DNA of 58,535 nt, counting the filler, from Sphacelaria rigidula (Eukaryota), in the NCBI GenBank assembly GCA_964200075.2. It is 4 parts of 4 records of this genome, joined end to end, with 100 filler letters (N's around TTAATTAATTAA, not from the genome) between each part and the next. Parts side by side here need not be neighbours in the genome. Positions count along the whole stretch, not along the records: positions 43,979 to 58,535 come from CAXNAA020002183.1; 3 more parts are not named here. One strand, 5' to 3'. The first letter of the stretch is position 1, and each line of letters starts with the position of its first letter. Below, piece by piece: positions 46,650 through 58,535 of this stretch. The translations under genes and the position numbers were made by a program. The notes under the pieces were generated by a model. It was not told where the DNA came from. It saw only the letters and a program-made list of their open reading frames with translations, and searched no databases.

Positions 46650-47520
46650 TCTCGCTTGTAATGAATAACCTCTTCACATGAGAACTCTCGAAAGCTACCG
46701 CAACACACGCAGCGGGTGGGTGGGTGCTCCAGGTTGCAACATGGAGGCACCCTCATGCGCCACGCCAGCAACGATTAGGTCACCACCATGGGTATCTTTT
46801 TGCACTCCGCATGACAAGAAAGTATCCACAAGTGCTTGATCTCTCATACATCCCCCCAACAAGCGTGTGGCACGCTCTTGTCGCCGCGCACGCACAGGTT
46901 GCAGGTACACATGTCGGGTGAAATCAACGATGAATAACACCCCCCAAGTTGCGGTTGGATCTGTTATTGCCACAGCATCGTCCTTGCTGACATGTGTGTG
47001 ACAGAGAACAGTAGGGGTGACGGGGACATCGCGCTGTTTTTCAACGACGTATTCTACAGCGCACAGAGGCGCGTCCTGTCCAAAAAGAGAGGCAGAGAGG
47101 AATCGATCTTTGCATTGGTAAGCTCCACAAACAAAAAGAGACGACACCTTGGCACCTCGATGTTTTTTCGGGGGCTGTGCAGCAACAACCTGCCTACCGG
47201 AACATGGGATATTGGGTAAATGCTGGTAACATGCATGATGCCAGTCTCTCGAGCGATTGGGTATCGCCAAGCGAGGACACGCAAAGGATACGGGCGAGGA
47301 GCTTTCTCTCTGTCGTTGCTTCTCTCTGTGGTGATATCGTCATCGACACGTGTGTACACCGCATTCGTTCGGTGCACCTGGCTACAACTGCTTAAGTGCT
47401 GCAGATTTTGGGGGGGAAGATGGTTCCCTTTGGTGTAATTGTTTCGCGCCATTCCTGCAAAAAGGGTATGCCGCTTGAACTCCGTTTTAATTTTCAACCC
47501 CAATATTTAGAATCGGCTGT
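46650..47520 (-). repeat. Repeat family E, long copy
   Basis: Collinear similarity with 50830-51400 (GTGTCGATGACGAT, ACCAATGCAAAGA, CTGTGCGCT, TTGCTG..GGCGTGGC). Confidence 0.65.
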
Positions 47521-47569
47521 TCTTGGGAACGTTTATAAGCATCGAAGTATTCCACACCCCGGACATATC

Positions 47570-48005
47570 AGCTCCCCGTAGCTTAAGTTAGCTCCTGTCG
47601 AGAGTAGCTCACGGATGACCTAAACGATCTACATGAGCTACACGTGTTGTTCCCGCGAGGAGCCATATAAGGAGCTGCATGAGCGAGTTTATCTGTCTTC
47701 GTATACAAGGCGCTATCGGGAGCTGAATGAGCTACATGTTTTTCAATGAGGAGCCACACGGAGCTACATGAGCTACTGCAGCTTATCTGCCCCCGTCAGG
47801 AGCTACAGGGAACTAGACCTATGTTTTTCCCGTGAGGAACTATAGGGAGTAACATGGGCTAGCTCATCTGTACCTGTAAGGAGCAATAGGGACCTACATC
47901 AGCTATGAATGTCTTCCCCGGCCTAAGCTATAGGGAGTGACATGAGCTGAACATGTTCTCCCCGGCTTGGACTATACACCATAGATGAGCTACAACAGCT
48001 CATGA
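47570..48005 (+). repeat. Degenerate GAGCTA-rich minisatellite (~40-48-bp units)
   Basis: Units resembling GAGGAGCTATAGGGAGCTACATGAGCTA alternate with ATGTTTTTCCC or GCTTATCTG linkers. Confidence 0.75.
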
Positions 48006-49467
48006 TCGTCCGGAGTTTACATGGTGACAAATACAAGTACAAGGTTTTCGGCGGCTTCCGCCGCCACGCTCAGTAGATCGATTCCGAGATACTTGATATA
48101 TACATGAAAGAAGGTCGCTCCTCGGTCGATCTCTCTAGAGCTAACACGATAGAAAAGTAGACCATTCCTCGTCTAACCCCTAAAACATGGCAGGAATGAA
48201 ACCACAACCGCCCGTGTCATGGAGCTCCATCTTTTGATTGCATCTTCACCAAACTAAGCATTCAACACCCGTGCGGAGGTCCGTAGTGCTCCTACCGCGA
48301 GGCACTTCCGCGGTAGTCCAGGCCAAAGTCTCACGGGTCCAGTTCTGACTCAATTCAAGGAATGAACCTATTCCGACCATAGAACACGATGCGTTCGTGT
48401 GCTCAAGTGCATCGCTATTCGTGTGTAACACCCCAAAACGCTAAATACGGCTTGTGTGATCATGTCTGGAACAGGGGATGCGTTCATGAAATCCCCGGGA
48501 AGATAATTATATCTTAACTCTCTATTTTACTGTTTCAGTATCTCGAAAACATACCTACGTCATATAAACGTGTTGACATTCGCATAGTGCGGTACAGGCT
48601 ATAACGGTGAACATCACCCCTAAATTCACGGTTGATATCACCCCCGGTGACCACTGTTTTCTCGTCCCCTGCAACACCCTACAACTCCGCCCAAATGCGA
48701 TATATGCTCAATCGAAGGAATATGTGTTTTGTGGGAGCGAGAGAAATTCTCATTACTCAAATGAATGAAATTGAATTCACATGGGCCATCGTCCGTTTGA
48801 GGTGACGAACTCTGGACACAACCTGAAAGAGTCAGTGCTTGGAACACCTTTGCCGGTGACACCGAACATTGAAGTGATTGTCAACTGTTATGCTGAGAGC
48901 TTGGTATGCAAACAAATTAGCATCAGGCCAGTTTCTTGCTGAAGTGCAGGTAGTACGATCGTGGAACGGCTGCACAGCCCGAGTACCGTACTGTAGCACT
49001 GCGAGGATTCGCATCGTACTGCACTGTAGTACTGTGGAAATCAAACGGCTGCAAAACCGTAGTATTGTACTCAAATAGTAGTGTGAGGATTCCCAACGGG
49101 GCACTGTATCGACGCCACCCGTTGCAATGCCGCACACATTTAATTTACATCGACGCAGCGATTTCATCACTCGTATGCTGGGGCAGCGGGCGCCGCGGGA
49201 GCGGGAAGCATAATACCCGCCCACATACTCCGCGAATGCGGCTACATGATCGGGGCTGACGCCGGGTTCTATGCAGACTGTTTGACAGCTCCACCCTAAA
49301 CCCGACTTCACCAACAATGTTGTTAATATACCTTGCGTCTCCTGTCAAATTTTGGGCGCTCAGCCCTTTGACTCCGAGCCTCCCCTCGGAATAGTTCGCC
49401 GGTTGACAGTCCAGGGACATCCAGGGGTTTCCAGAGGGTGGGGGGGAGTTCACGAAAAAAGGTGTTT

Positions 49468-50335
49468 CGTCGTGTGAAGAAGCAGCTGTTCTGAACCCCG
49501 AATGTGGCACAGGTCACCGAAGGTCACCTGCGGGGATTTCGTGGTCAAAGGGACGACGAGTTTTCCTCATGTACTCACTCGAAAATCCCGAAAGCGTGGC
49601 GTGGATTTCTGCGGATGTCCCGCGTGACGAAAAGTAATGCTGCTGTGTTTGGATTGTTGGTAACCTTTTGACCGCTGCAGTGTATGATCTGAGTCTCGCA
49701 ATCATTCTTCGAGTGAGGACGGTGCCGATTCAGAAGATAGATTTCCTACCCTGGCCTCCGAACTTGAACCCAAAAAGAGCGATACATACAGCAACTGTCG
49801 GCACAAGTCCAAATCCCGACCTTCATACAGGATTTTACTCGGTTTTCATAACATCCGGGTCACGGTGGATGCAGGGGCACTTTTGCGCGCGCTGTTCGTG
49901 AAAATACGTGTTTAGTCGTTTGACAAAACAGCTGTTACGAACTCCGAAGGTGGCACAGGCCATCGGAGGTTACCGGGGGGGGGTCGCGGTCGAGGGTTAA
50001 CGAGTTTTTTTTGTAATGATATATTGATTTGAAAATTCTGAAAACGTGGCCCAGATTATCGCGGATGTGCCGTACTATGCAAGGTGGTGCTTCTGTGTTC
50101 GGATTGCTGGCAACCCTTTAACCGCTACGGTGGGTGATCTGGGTCTCGCATTTAATCTTCGAGGAAAGATGGTGCCAATTCCGCAAATAGATTATCGCCC
50201 CTGGCCTGACGATTTGACCCTAAAAAGAGAGGTAACTACCTTGATTGCCGGCACAAGCCCGAATGCAGATGACCATACCGGATTTTCCCCGGTTTTCATG
50301 ATTCGCGGTTCACGGTGGATGCAGGGGAACCTTTG
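49468..50335 (+). repeat. Diverged tandem duplication, ~445-bp unit x2
   Basis: CAGCTGTT...GTGGCACAGG at ~49482 and ~49929; GGTCACGGTGGATGCAGGGG-like ends at ~49858 and ~50308. Confidence 0.8.
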
Positions 50336-50829
50336 TGTGCCGGAGCATGAGAACTCTTGTACAGCAATGCACTTTTACTCAAGCGCCCAGAGCAGCGCAT
50401 CTTTTGACTACGTAAAACACGGTCGCTTCCCGAGAGCTGGGTCTATTTTTTCGCCGGGGTTATAATCAGGACTAGCGTCAGAGTACAATACAATTGGGTC
50501 AGCCCCTGTAGAAGACTCGGATGTTTGTTTTCGCACTTGGGACAGCAGCAAAAAGGTCTAGGAGTAAATAATGTCTACACTTTCACCATGTTATAACTCT
50601 GTGGATGATAAGCTCTGAGAGCTCCAAAAATGACTAAATTCCAGACCGCCGCGATTTGGGCGCGAATATCATTCGTTGTTTGGTGCGCAAAATAAAAAGC
50701 AGAGTCTCCTGGAAAATGGGGTCCAACATTGAAACGGGGTTCAAACCTCCTTCTGAAATTTCGCATTCTCGCCCAAATTGTTTCACAGACGCAAGGGACT
50801 TCGGATATGTTTTTCTGTGAAAAGCTAAG

Positions 50830-51400
50830 CAGATGTAGTTGGATGCACCCCGTTTGTGCGACGTACACTTGTGTCGATGACGATGACACCGGAGGAGCAA
50901 TGGCGGAGAGTAAGCTCCTTGCCCGTTCCTGTTTGGTGACATCAAGCTACCACCACATGCCCACTTTACCAGCCCCGTCATCGGCACACCACCTGCAGGC
51001 GGTTTGTTGTACAGCCCCCCCCCCAAAAGATGCGGCTTGGCTTGCCGCATCTCGACTGATGTATTCGTGTCCTATCCGTGGTGCTGACCAATGCAAAGAA
51101 CGGTTCCCGTCTGTGCGCTACAGAACATGTCGTCGCCAACAGGGTGATGTTTCCTGTCAACGCTATCCCCACACCATACACACGCGTCAGTCACGAATGA
51201 CCGTTCCACGAAGATGCAATCGCGTGTCGGGGGGTGTTGTTGTTGATTTGCCGGACGCTTGACACAAGGACAACAGTCGTACACATCCGAACTGGGTGGA
51301 TGTAGAGATTAAACGCTCATACACACTTCCTTGGCACGAGTCGATCAAGATACCTCGGGCGGCGACTCAGTTGCTGCTGGCGTGGCCCATATGGGGACTA
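50830..51400 (+). repeat. Repeat family E, diverged copy
   Basis: Collinear similarity with the reverse complement of 46650-47400. Confidence 0.6.
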
Positions 51401-53159
51401 GCGTACTGTAATCTGTGGGCTGCAGATGATGCGATGTACGGTTGGTGCGCTCGGGGAACGATGTTTCGTCAAATTTCCGACTCGGCTGAGGCCATCACAA
51501 GCTTTTGCCTGACGCGAGATATGGTTCCACAGGGAGCAAGGGCCTTCTCGTAGAAAATGAACTACGTACCATTTGATTTGTGACCCACGTCTTCGAGTGT
51601 TGACCGAACATGTCTTGTCTGCGATAGGTTGAGCTAGTTTTCAAGGAGCGCGCGAGTAGCTGAAAGACGCCCAGACAATTCATTGCCACTGACTGTAGGA
51701 AACTGGTGGTGTGAAACAACACACGTAAGAAACGTTTCTGCCATTCGAACGAATTCGATACCCTCAAAATGACTGTCAAAAGCGAAGAGAGTGCCCTTTC
51801 TCCGGCTCCAGGCCGATGGGAAAAAGCGATGCCACTCTTTTTTCAAGCCCCCGCAAGGGTCTGCCGGGAGAAGAAATCTGGACACGTAGCCCCCCCCCCC
51901 TCCCGGAGGGAATTTTTTCGATTTTCTCGATTATTTTTTGTGATTTTTTTGTTAATTGTTGTTGAAACGTTTCGATGAAGAAACTCAGACAAGAATCGGA
52001 AAGTCTGGTGGGCTTTGCGGCGCTCGTATATTTGCTTCTGCTCTTTGCTCGCTCTATCCCGATGACCTCGGATGCCAGCCACACTTACACACATGTTTGC
52101 ACACGAGCGCACGGTAGCAACAGCCTGTAGCCGAAATAGCGACATTATCTCACGCCTTGCCAAACTTGCCCGGGCTGCTGGGAGGTACTCGAGGCATTCG
52201 ACGCGGAACATGATCCCATAAATGTAATCATGGTGAGATGAGCTGCAGAAGATACGCTTGGGGGAGGCGGCGTGTCCGCCGTCTCACCAAGAATCGGTAA
52301 GGACAAACAATTTTTTATGAATCCAATATCATATATGTTGACCTCTAAAGCGTTTCCCAGCACCGAATTTTCTATTCCGAGTACGGACGGGTGCACCTCA
52401 GTTAAGTTCTGTACTCATCGCTAAAAAACAATTCTACAGACGTCTGACAGAAAGAGTGACATCGTTTTTCTTCCATCTGAGCGGAGCGGAAGAGGCTGAT
52501 GACCCGTCTGGGGTGTGAAATATTCTGAAGTAAAAATGCGAACGCACTGTGAGCAATGCCGCGGTGGGGTTCACATTTTTTTTTAAGGCTCTTTGCTGTA
52601 GGAGTATCTCGATGACAAATACCTGGGCCTTAGTGTGCAGCCTCGGAACGCTTTTGAACTGAAAAGTCAACCCCACCGTGGCTTTACTCTTCTACGGCCG
52701 TGATGTGTGGCCTCTCTCATCCTAAGTAGTACCCACCCGCAATTTGTAAAATCCTGTGTGGACAGAGGATTCCGAAGAATGGAAACGACCTCATCCACAA
52801 ATGGTAAAATCCCGTGTTACTTAGGCGTAGAGCTCGGTAGTGTGTAAAGGTGCACGCTTTTTTTACAGGGCTACAGGGGAAAAATATAACGCCAAGCATG
52901 CGCTAAACACAAAACAGTCCACAAGTATTGCAGGAAACCCACGAAAAGCACAGTATAGTACGGTACACGTGAGCTAGAACGTGAGCACAGTAGTACAGCG
53001 TACGACTGTATAGCTTAGTAATTTACAAAACATCGTTTGCCTGAGCGAGAACATATCATTATCATTGTTCAACTGCAGTAGGACCTAGATCACTCTGTGT
53101 TACACTTGGAGGATCTCGAGGAAATAATTTGAACAAAAATATGAATCTCAAGCTCAAAA

Positions 53160-53465
53160 CGGTGCTTTCCCTGAACTAAAAGTAGCTTTGCACAATAACT
53201 TTTCGCCGGCCTAATGCCTCTCGATCGCGTGGAAATTATTTCTGTGCCTTTCAGTACCTTTGTAAACCCACAGCGGTAATTAAAAGCATCAAGTTCCCGG
53301 AAGTTCATGACCCCCAAATCAGGGTAGAGTGACACTTTTCGCTCAGCATGGGGGGCTTACATAGTCGGCAGAAGGTGCCGAAACAGGTTCCACGCGATCG
53401 AGGGGCATTAGGCCGACAAAAAAGTCATTCGGCACAATTACTCTTAGTGTAGGGAAATCACTTTT
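53160..53465. repeat. Imperfect inverted repeat (~75-bp arms), MITE-like
   Basis: GGCCTAATGCCTCTCGATCGCGTGGAA pairs with TTCCACGCGATCGAGGGGCATTAGGCC. Confidence 0.7.
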
Positions 53466-53564
53466 TCTGGGTTGACACTCATTTTTTTTTTTCATCCTCA
53501 TTTCTCAGGATCCTCTATGACTTCTTGTTCTTTGACCTTGACTACGGTTCTTCATTCTCCGGCC

Positions 53565-53635
53565 ATTTGATTGATTGATTGATTGCCGTACTCTAACTGA
53601 CCCCCCAGGGATCCAGCCGTGGTCCCATGATATAT
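53565..53635 (-). repeat. Dispersed repeat family C, copy 4 (core plus (AATC)n tail)
   Basis: (TTGA)4 TTGCCGTACTCTAACTGACCCCCCAGGGATCCAGCCGTGGTC. Confidence 0.75.
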
Positions 53636-54091
53636 GTGTGACTATAGTGGGAGGGGCAGCGGAAGAGAGGGGTACGTCGCCACTTCGTGTCATGTGCGTC
53701 CATCTTCTGAAACCCTTCCGCACGCACTTCCAGTCTTCGTCGTACTTCATTGGCAGCTCGTAATATGATCAAAGAGATGTGGTTTTGTAGCGGGATAACA
53801 GTGGGTGTGGCCCGAAGCAAAGTAAGTTCAGCCTTCATCCCTTCCCCAGCTCAGCAATACGTTCATATCTACCGACTCATTGCACATACATAGAGATTGC
53901 AACTGGCTTGCTACTTGACCTTAGCACACAGAGTGGGGATGAGAAAACAGCGTGAACGCGTTCACGATGCAGCCAACAGTGGCTTCATTTGCTCTCTGTA
54001 CCGTCTGCGAGTGCCCCGCCCCATCCCAATTCTCTGCGTTCGTGGCGTCGTCGCTCGACGTGTTGATATTTGTTCTGCGCCCGAGCAACAG

Positions 54092-54277
54092 AAACACGTG
54101 CCGGTGCGGATCCACTTTTCTCACGCGCAATCGGGATGGATTCCATTTCTGCATCAAGTGGCGCGGGAGTTGGATTTGGAAGACATCGACGGGGTGTATG
54201 AGGACTTCGCAGGGGCACCCGTGGTGCGCATAGCCAGTCTCGTGGATGGCGGCCTCTACTTTGCGAGGCCCACTGAG
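54092..54277 (+). CDS. Exon, uncharacterised protein with DCX/KHA (ubiquitin-fold)-like pattern
   Basis: CAG|..|GTACTG, phase 0/0; WIPFLHQVARELDLEDIDGVYEDFAGAPVVRIASLVDGGLYFA. Confidence 0.65.
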
Positions 54278-54520
54278 GTACTGTGAGCCCAACACAAAGA
54301 CTGAGGCGGCGATAGCCCCACCCAGAGAAGTGGTTTAGCTCGAGGATGCAACGTGTAAATACATGTAAATCGGAATGACGAAAGCCGAGCACACCCAGCA
54401 GCTGAGAACTCCCCCGCGTGAAATCGTTTCCGCCAAAACCGCCCGTATTTCGCGCTTTATGCAGCCTGGAACCAGCTATCGTGCACTGTATGATCATTTT
54501 CTTCGTGGCAGTCTTGGGGC

Positions 54521-54955
54521 CGGTTTGGGGGGTGTACTCATGACCATGCGTGCCATCGTCGGTTTGGGGGTGGGGGGGGCGGGGGGGGGCGTACTCATTT
54601 GTTGCTTGCCTTAGTCGTTTGACCATTGACCACGCATCCCTTTCGGCACCGTTCCTACTCCTAATATAGACACCTCCAACATTCTGGCGCTCATTACGTT
54701 TCTTCCATACATTACACGAAAACCATTTACATATCTTATCCCCGTCCTGTTTCGCCGTCTCNNNNNNNNNGTCCCGCATTTTCCCCTCTAGCACGTCCCG
54801 TTCCTCCTTGCACAGTTCACATTCTGCCACTATTTGACTTCTGCTCTCTATTACTTTGCCACAGAGGCAGTTCTGTCCATCTACTTCCCCGTCCTTTCGA
54901 CGACTGGTATATCTCTTTCTTTTTTCTGGCAGGTCTAGGTTCCCCACCCGAAATC
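54521..54955 (-). mobile_element. 5'-truncated LINE (family A; C-terminal Cys-rich ORF2 segment) with C-tail, plus a 27-nt family B tip with its own TSD
   Basis: RFRVGNLDLPEKRKRY...CLCGKVIESRSQIVAECELCKEERDVL...NVWKKRNER resembles the post-RT C-terminal zinc-knuckle region; CGGTTTGGGGG duplicated at 54521-54531 and 54560-54570. Confidence 0.85.
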
Positions 54956-55618
54956 GGGGGGGGGCGGGGAGGGGTTGCGGCATCACTCATAATGTCCTTG
55001 CTGGAGGAGAATGAATATGTCAAGGTGACGCCTTGAGCTGTCTACCGCTTCCAAGCTCGCCTTTTGAGTCCACAGCAGTGACCGGAGTGATGTACACTGT
55101 TTACGCGATGCCATGGTGTACCGCTGGATGAATATATACAAGGACGAGTTGTAGTTGTCACTTTTTCCAACAGTGATGCGAGTGTGAGCGTTAGGCTTGA
55201 CTTTTGTATGCATCGGCGTGTTTTCAATTAGATGTCTATAGATCCCCAATGCAGCCTTGGCCTGCCAATACGAGGGCCTTCAGGTCTTCGCAGGAATTCC
55301 GATAAAGAAACAATCATCCACAGCGTTGTGAACATAGTTCGCGAACCCTTTTCGGTATGTCGCAGGTGTCGAAATCTGAATGAATAGCTTGCGCGAAAAC
55401 AGCGGAAGATAAAACCGACCTCGAGACGGCATAGCAATGGTGTCTTCCTTGAACAAAGAAGTGGAAGCCAAACGAGTTTTGGAGTAGAAATCGACGAACG
55501 TGCGTCAAAGACCCCTCTCCCCGATTCGCTGTGAACGGTGCGATTATAAGCAAGCCTTCAACCGTACCGCTAAAACCAAAATATTTTCTTCATCTACTAA
55601 TACTGCTCCTCGAGACAG

Positions 55619-55771
55619 GAGTGTGCTTTACTCAGGAGCCTTGTGCGAGAAGAGCCGGAACGATATCCTGCCTGGCCCAGCATCGAGAAATCACTTGAGG
55701 CCAAGCGAGAGTTGGAGAGGTCATCCTTGTACTACAGGAGTCTACCAGTGCCTGCATCGACAGAAGGCGAG
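55619..55771 (+). CDS. Exon, same uncharacterised gene
   Basis: CAG|..|GTAAAA, phase 0/0; ECALLRSLVREEPERYPAWPSIEKSLEAKRELERS... Confidence 0.6.
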
Positions 55772-57365
55772 GTAAAACTAAACGCGCGCTCACCAATCGT
55801 TTCACGGTACGATGCACGTAGGGACTCTGTCGTGACTCGTGTGGCGTGTGTAATGAAACGCGAACACGTACCACCACGAATAGGGGCTTGCCCGTTTTCT
55901 TGTTCGAGTACCAAGACCCCTTGCTGTATCCTTCGCGCCAAATGTAGAGCTCGTTTTGCGCTTTGAGATGTCGCCAAGATGATACCATGACCCTGAAGAA
56001 ATCCTGTTTTTATGCCATCCAATCGAACCCCCAAGCGGAATTGCTTGTTGCCGCCAATACCCCTGATGTGAGGGCACTAAAGCTCCGTTTTTATGGATCT
56101 CTTAGTTATCGGCGTGTTTGGCGATCGATGGAGAGATGCGAAGCGTTGAATATCTAATACACAGGGAGTGTGCAATCGTACAACCGCGCCCAAAAATGAG
56201 CTCGATGTATGCAATTACAATCACGTGGCCGAGGATCGCACCATACATCGGCTGTACTTCATGCTACTGGAAATAGGCTGTGCAAGAAACCGCACCAGGG
56301 ATAGCACAAGGCGCTGACAGCGACGGGGAAACGGACTGGAAGATGCGGGTAAAGCAGGGCTTCAAGTGTAGGGTCTTCCGCACACCAAATTGCAAGCCTG
56401 ATGAGGTGGGTAGTGCTCGATAAGATAATATTGTGATATGTAGAAACAGTGTTGGTGGATACTACTCGATAAAAAAGAATTGATTTGTAGAAGTGCTGCA
56501 CCCTCGTAGGTGACAAAGGGAACGAGGTAACAATTTCCCTCAGACTTCACCCTTTGAACGGCTTTGTGCGTCAGCAGTGGTCCATACTTTCTCAGGAATT
56601 AGTGCGAGACCATCTATCTGTCTTCGACGAAATGCTCCTCGCCGGGGTCAGGATGAACTCAACAACGGGTCGACGGCGATTTGCCGACGATGATGACAAT
56701 ATTTTTTGGAACAAAGTGTGGCTTTAGGGCACGATGATGGAACGTTACCCGACATCGACCGATACACCCTTAATGTAGGGTGTGCGTATTGTTGTGAAAG
56801 ATAAGATTCGTCGTCATGCAAAACCGCGTCATTCTCCAAGGGTTCCGAGAGGGAACATGGAAGTGGCGTTTTCGATTGTCATTCTCCATACAGATGGTTT
56901 GTTCTACCCCTTGCCGGCGCGACGTAGGTGAGGATCTTCGAAACAAGAGGAACACTTGGCCATATACATCTGCCGATCAAATGACATGAAGAGCAGAGAT
57001 AAACGTTTTTCGGACATAAGATAGTAGTCATATCGCCAGTCCTGAAAAACGAACTGAGACGTGTCCTGTATGTGCTCCCCTGAAGAGGCCTGAAAGTGTT
57101 CACGTTCGATCGAATAGCCGTTTTATACCGGACCCGTGTTCATTCACACCACGTTCTCAGGTGATGGGATTGCTTGAAATGCGGGCGGTGATAACGGTGT
57201 CCTCAGACTGGGGGAATCTATTGGCCTCACATCCCCTCAGGGGTAAAGACGGAAAGCAGGCCAACGTACTACGGATGATCGATCCTCAAGAAGGATTTGT
57301 ACAGCGGTAAGATGCTTCGCTCTGTAGGGGGTTGATTCTTAAAGCCCGCGCGAATTGGGGGGGTG

Positions 57366-57464
57366 GGTACTCACGATCTTGCACGCCGTGATCGCAAGAC
57401 TGTTGACCTCGCGTCCGTACAAAGCCAGGACGGAGCACGCTGGGGTTTCGCCCCGACCAGGCGA
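57366..57464 (-). mobile_element. Family B retroelement 3' end with 16-bp TSD
   Basis: Matches 36590-36680; GCG(A/G)ATTGGGGGGGTG at 57350-57365 and 57465-57480. Confidence 0.8.
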
Positions 57465-57910
57465 GCGGATTGGGGGGGTGTGCGTGTAAAATGTGAAATA
57501 AATAACATCGATGAGAGCGTGTCCGTCGCTTAATGTCGCCCGTTGTTGGAGTTGGTGGTCGAGACATTCTACTTTCTCAGGAAAGCCGGCAAGGGATCGA
57601 AAGAGGTACGCGTGAACGTCTGGGTTGCCATATAGAAGGACCCTCTGTTACGACTGTTTGTCAGCAGTCCCGGGCGTATGTATCCAATCGCCATCCGTTT
57701 TTTGTCTGCGTTCTACAGTACAGACTTTCCGGCGTAAGTTGGGAAGCACATATCGCAGTTTATGACAGATTATAGCTGTGCGTGTTGATCATGATGGTGG
57801 GTACCGAAAACGTCCGACGTATCTTGGCACCAAGTTGTCGTATGCTCTGTTACTCATCTCGACGCGCGTGTTGATTACGGTGAACGAACCTAATGTACTG
57901 AGCGATTCAG

Positions 57911-58020
57911 GAGGCCTTTGGAAGAGATGCCGGAAACCGAAGGCGCAGCAGCGGGGGGGGGAGCTGCAGCATCAGCGGCCTTCACCATTGACGAAAGGAT
58001 GAAGATCATTCGTACCACCT
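57911..58020 (+). CDS. Probable further exon of the uncharacterised gene
   Basis: TTCAG|..|GTGAGT; RPLEEMPETEGAAAGGGAAASAAFTIDERMKIIRTT. Confidence 0.5.
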
Positions 58021-58535
58021 GTGAGTTCAGCAGCATCTCCACTCTCACAGTTGCACCATCAAAATATCTTCTTGTTGGAGACAATGCGTTCAAAGCACGA
58101 GATATTTTACATGCACAATACGAACAGGAGATTCTGGAAATGGCGGGTAGCATTACATGGGAATGATATTTTTTCCGAAAGTGTTTGGAATTGTAGGAAC
58201 TGGTACACCCCGCGAAGGCATAAAAGCGACGAGTACCACTTCCTCACAACTTTTCGATGGTCTTCGGATTTGTGGGAATTGCAGGCACCTTAGAGAGCAC
58301 TGGAGCATGAAAAAACAAGGTGCCTTCGAGGGATACAATTTCCCGCGATTCCGAACACCATCGCTAAGCTTTCGTTCCCACGAAAAAAGTTCGGTCCCAC
58401 CTTTTGGAATCCCTTGCGTGACTGCTGCCGAGATACCCCCCCCTCCCCGCCCCCCCGAACCAGTGCCCCTCACCTCTAGACTCTTGGGTTGGCGTCGAGT
58501 GGCAACGACGCTGTAAAACAAAGCCACCAAAACCT

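Noticed and set aside
53985-54986. 333-aa minus-strand ORF as a gene
   Set aside because: Chimera of a LINE fragment, an N-gap, C-tails and the antisense of a real exon

Overview
Eukaryotic, repeat-rich, intron-rich nuclear DNA, most likely from a brown alga (inferred from the EsV-1-7 repeat gene and the gene architecture). The window is not one locus. It is four unlinked contigs (1-14561, 14662-29220, 29321-43878, 43979-58535), sorted by decreasing length and joined by artificial 100-nt N44-TTAATTAATTAA-N44 linkers. Contig 1 holds MITEs, a pogo-type transposase remnant, a 2-kb TIR element carrying three phased 42-43-bp motif arrays plus a tRNA-derived SINE, and an intronless gene with about 21 EsV-1-7 Cys/His repeats and a decayed 5' part. 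Contig 2 holds one arginase exon and a Ty3/gypsy LTR element with intact gag-protease but deleted RT. Contig 3 holds about 15 exons of a beta-propeller + (PTPG)15 + REJ/PKD protein, with intronic MITEs and an LSU-rRNA-like fragment. Contig 4 holds exons of a protein with a DCX/KHA-like N-terminus, plus many repeats. The strongest unusual signals are (i) two non-LTR retroelement families that end in poly(C), insert at C-tracts (three target-site duplications visible) and stack into each other's tails, (ii) the phased motif/variable-spacer arrays, and (iii) position-specific hypervariability in the EsV-1-7 array. All calls were made by eye, with no database search, and repeat boundaries are approximate.
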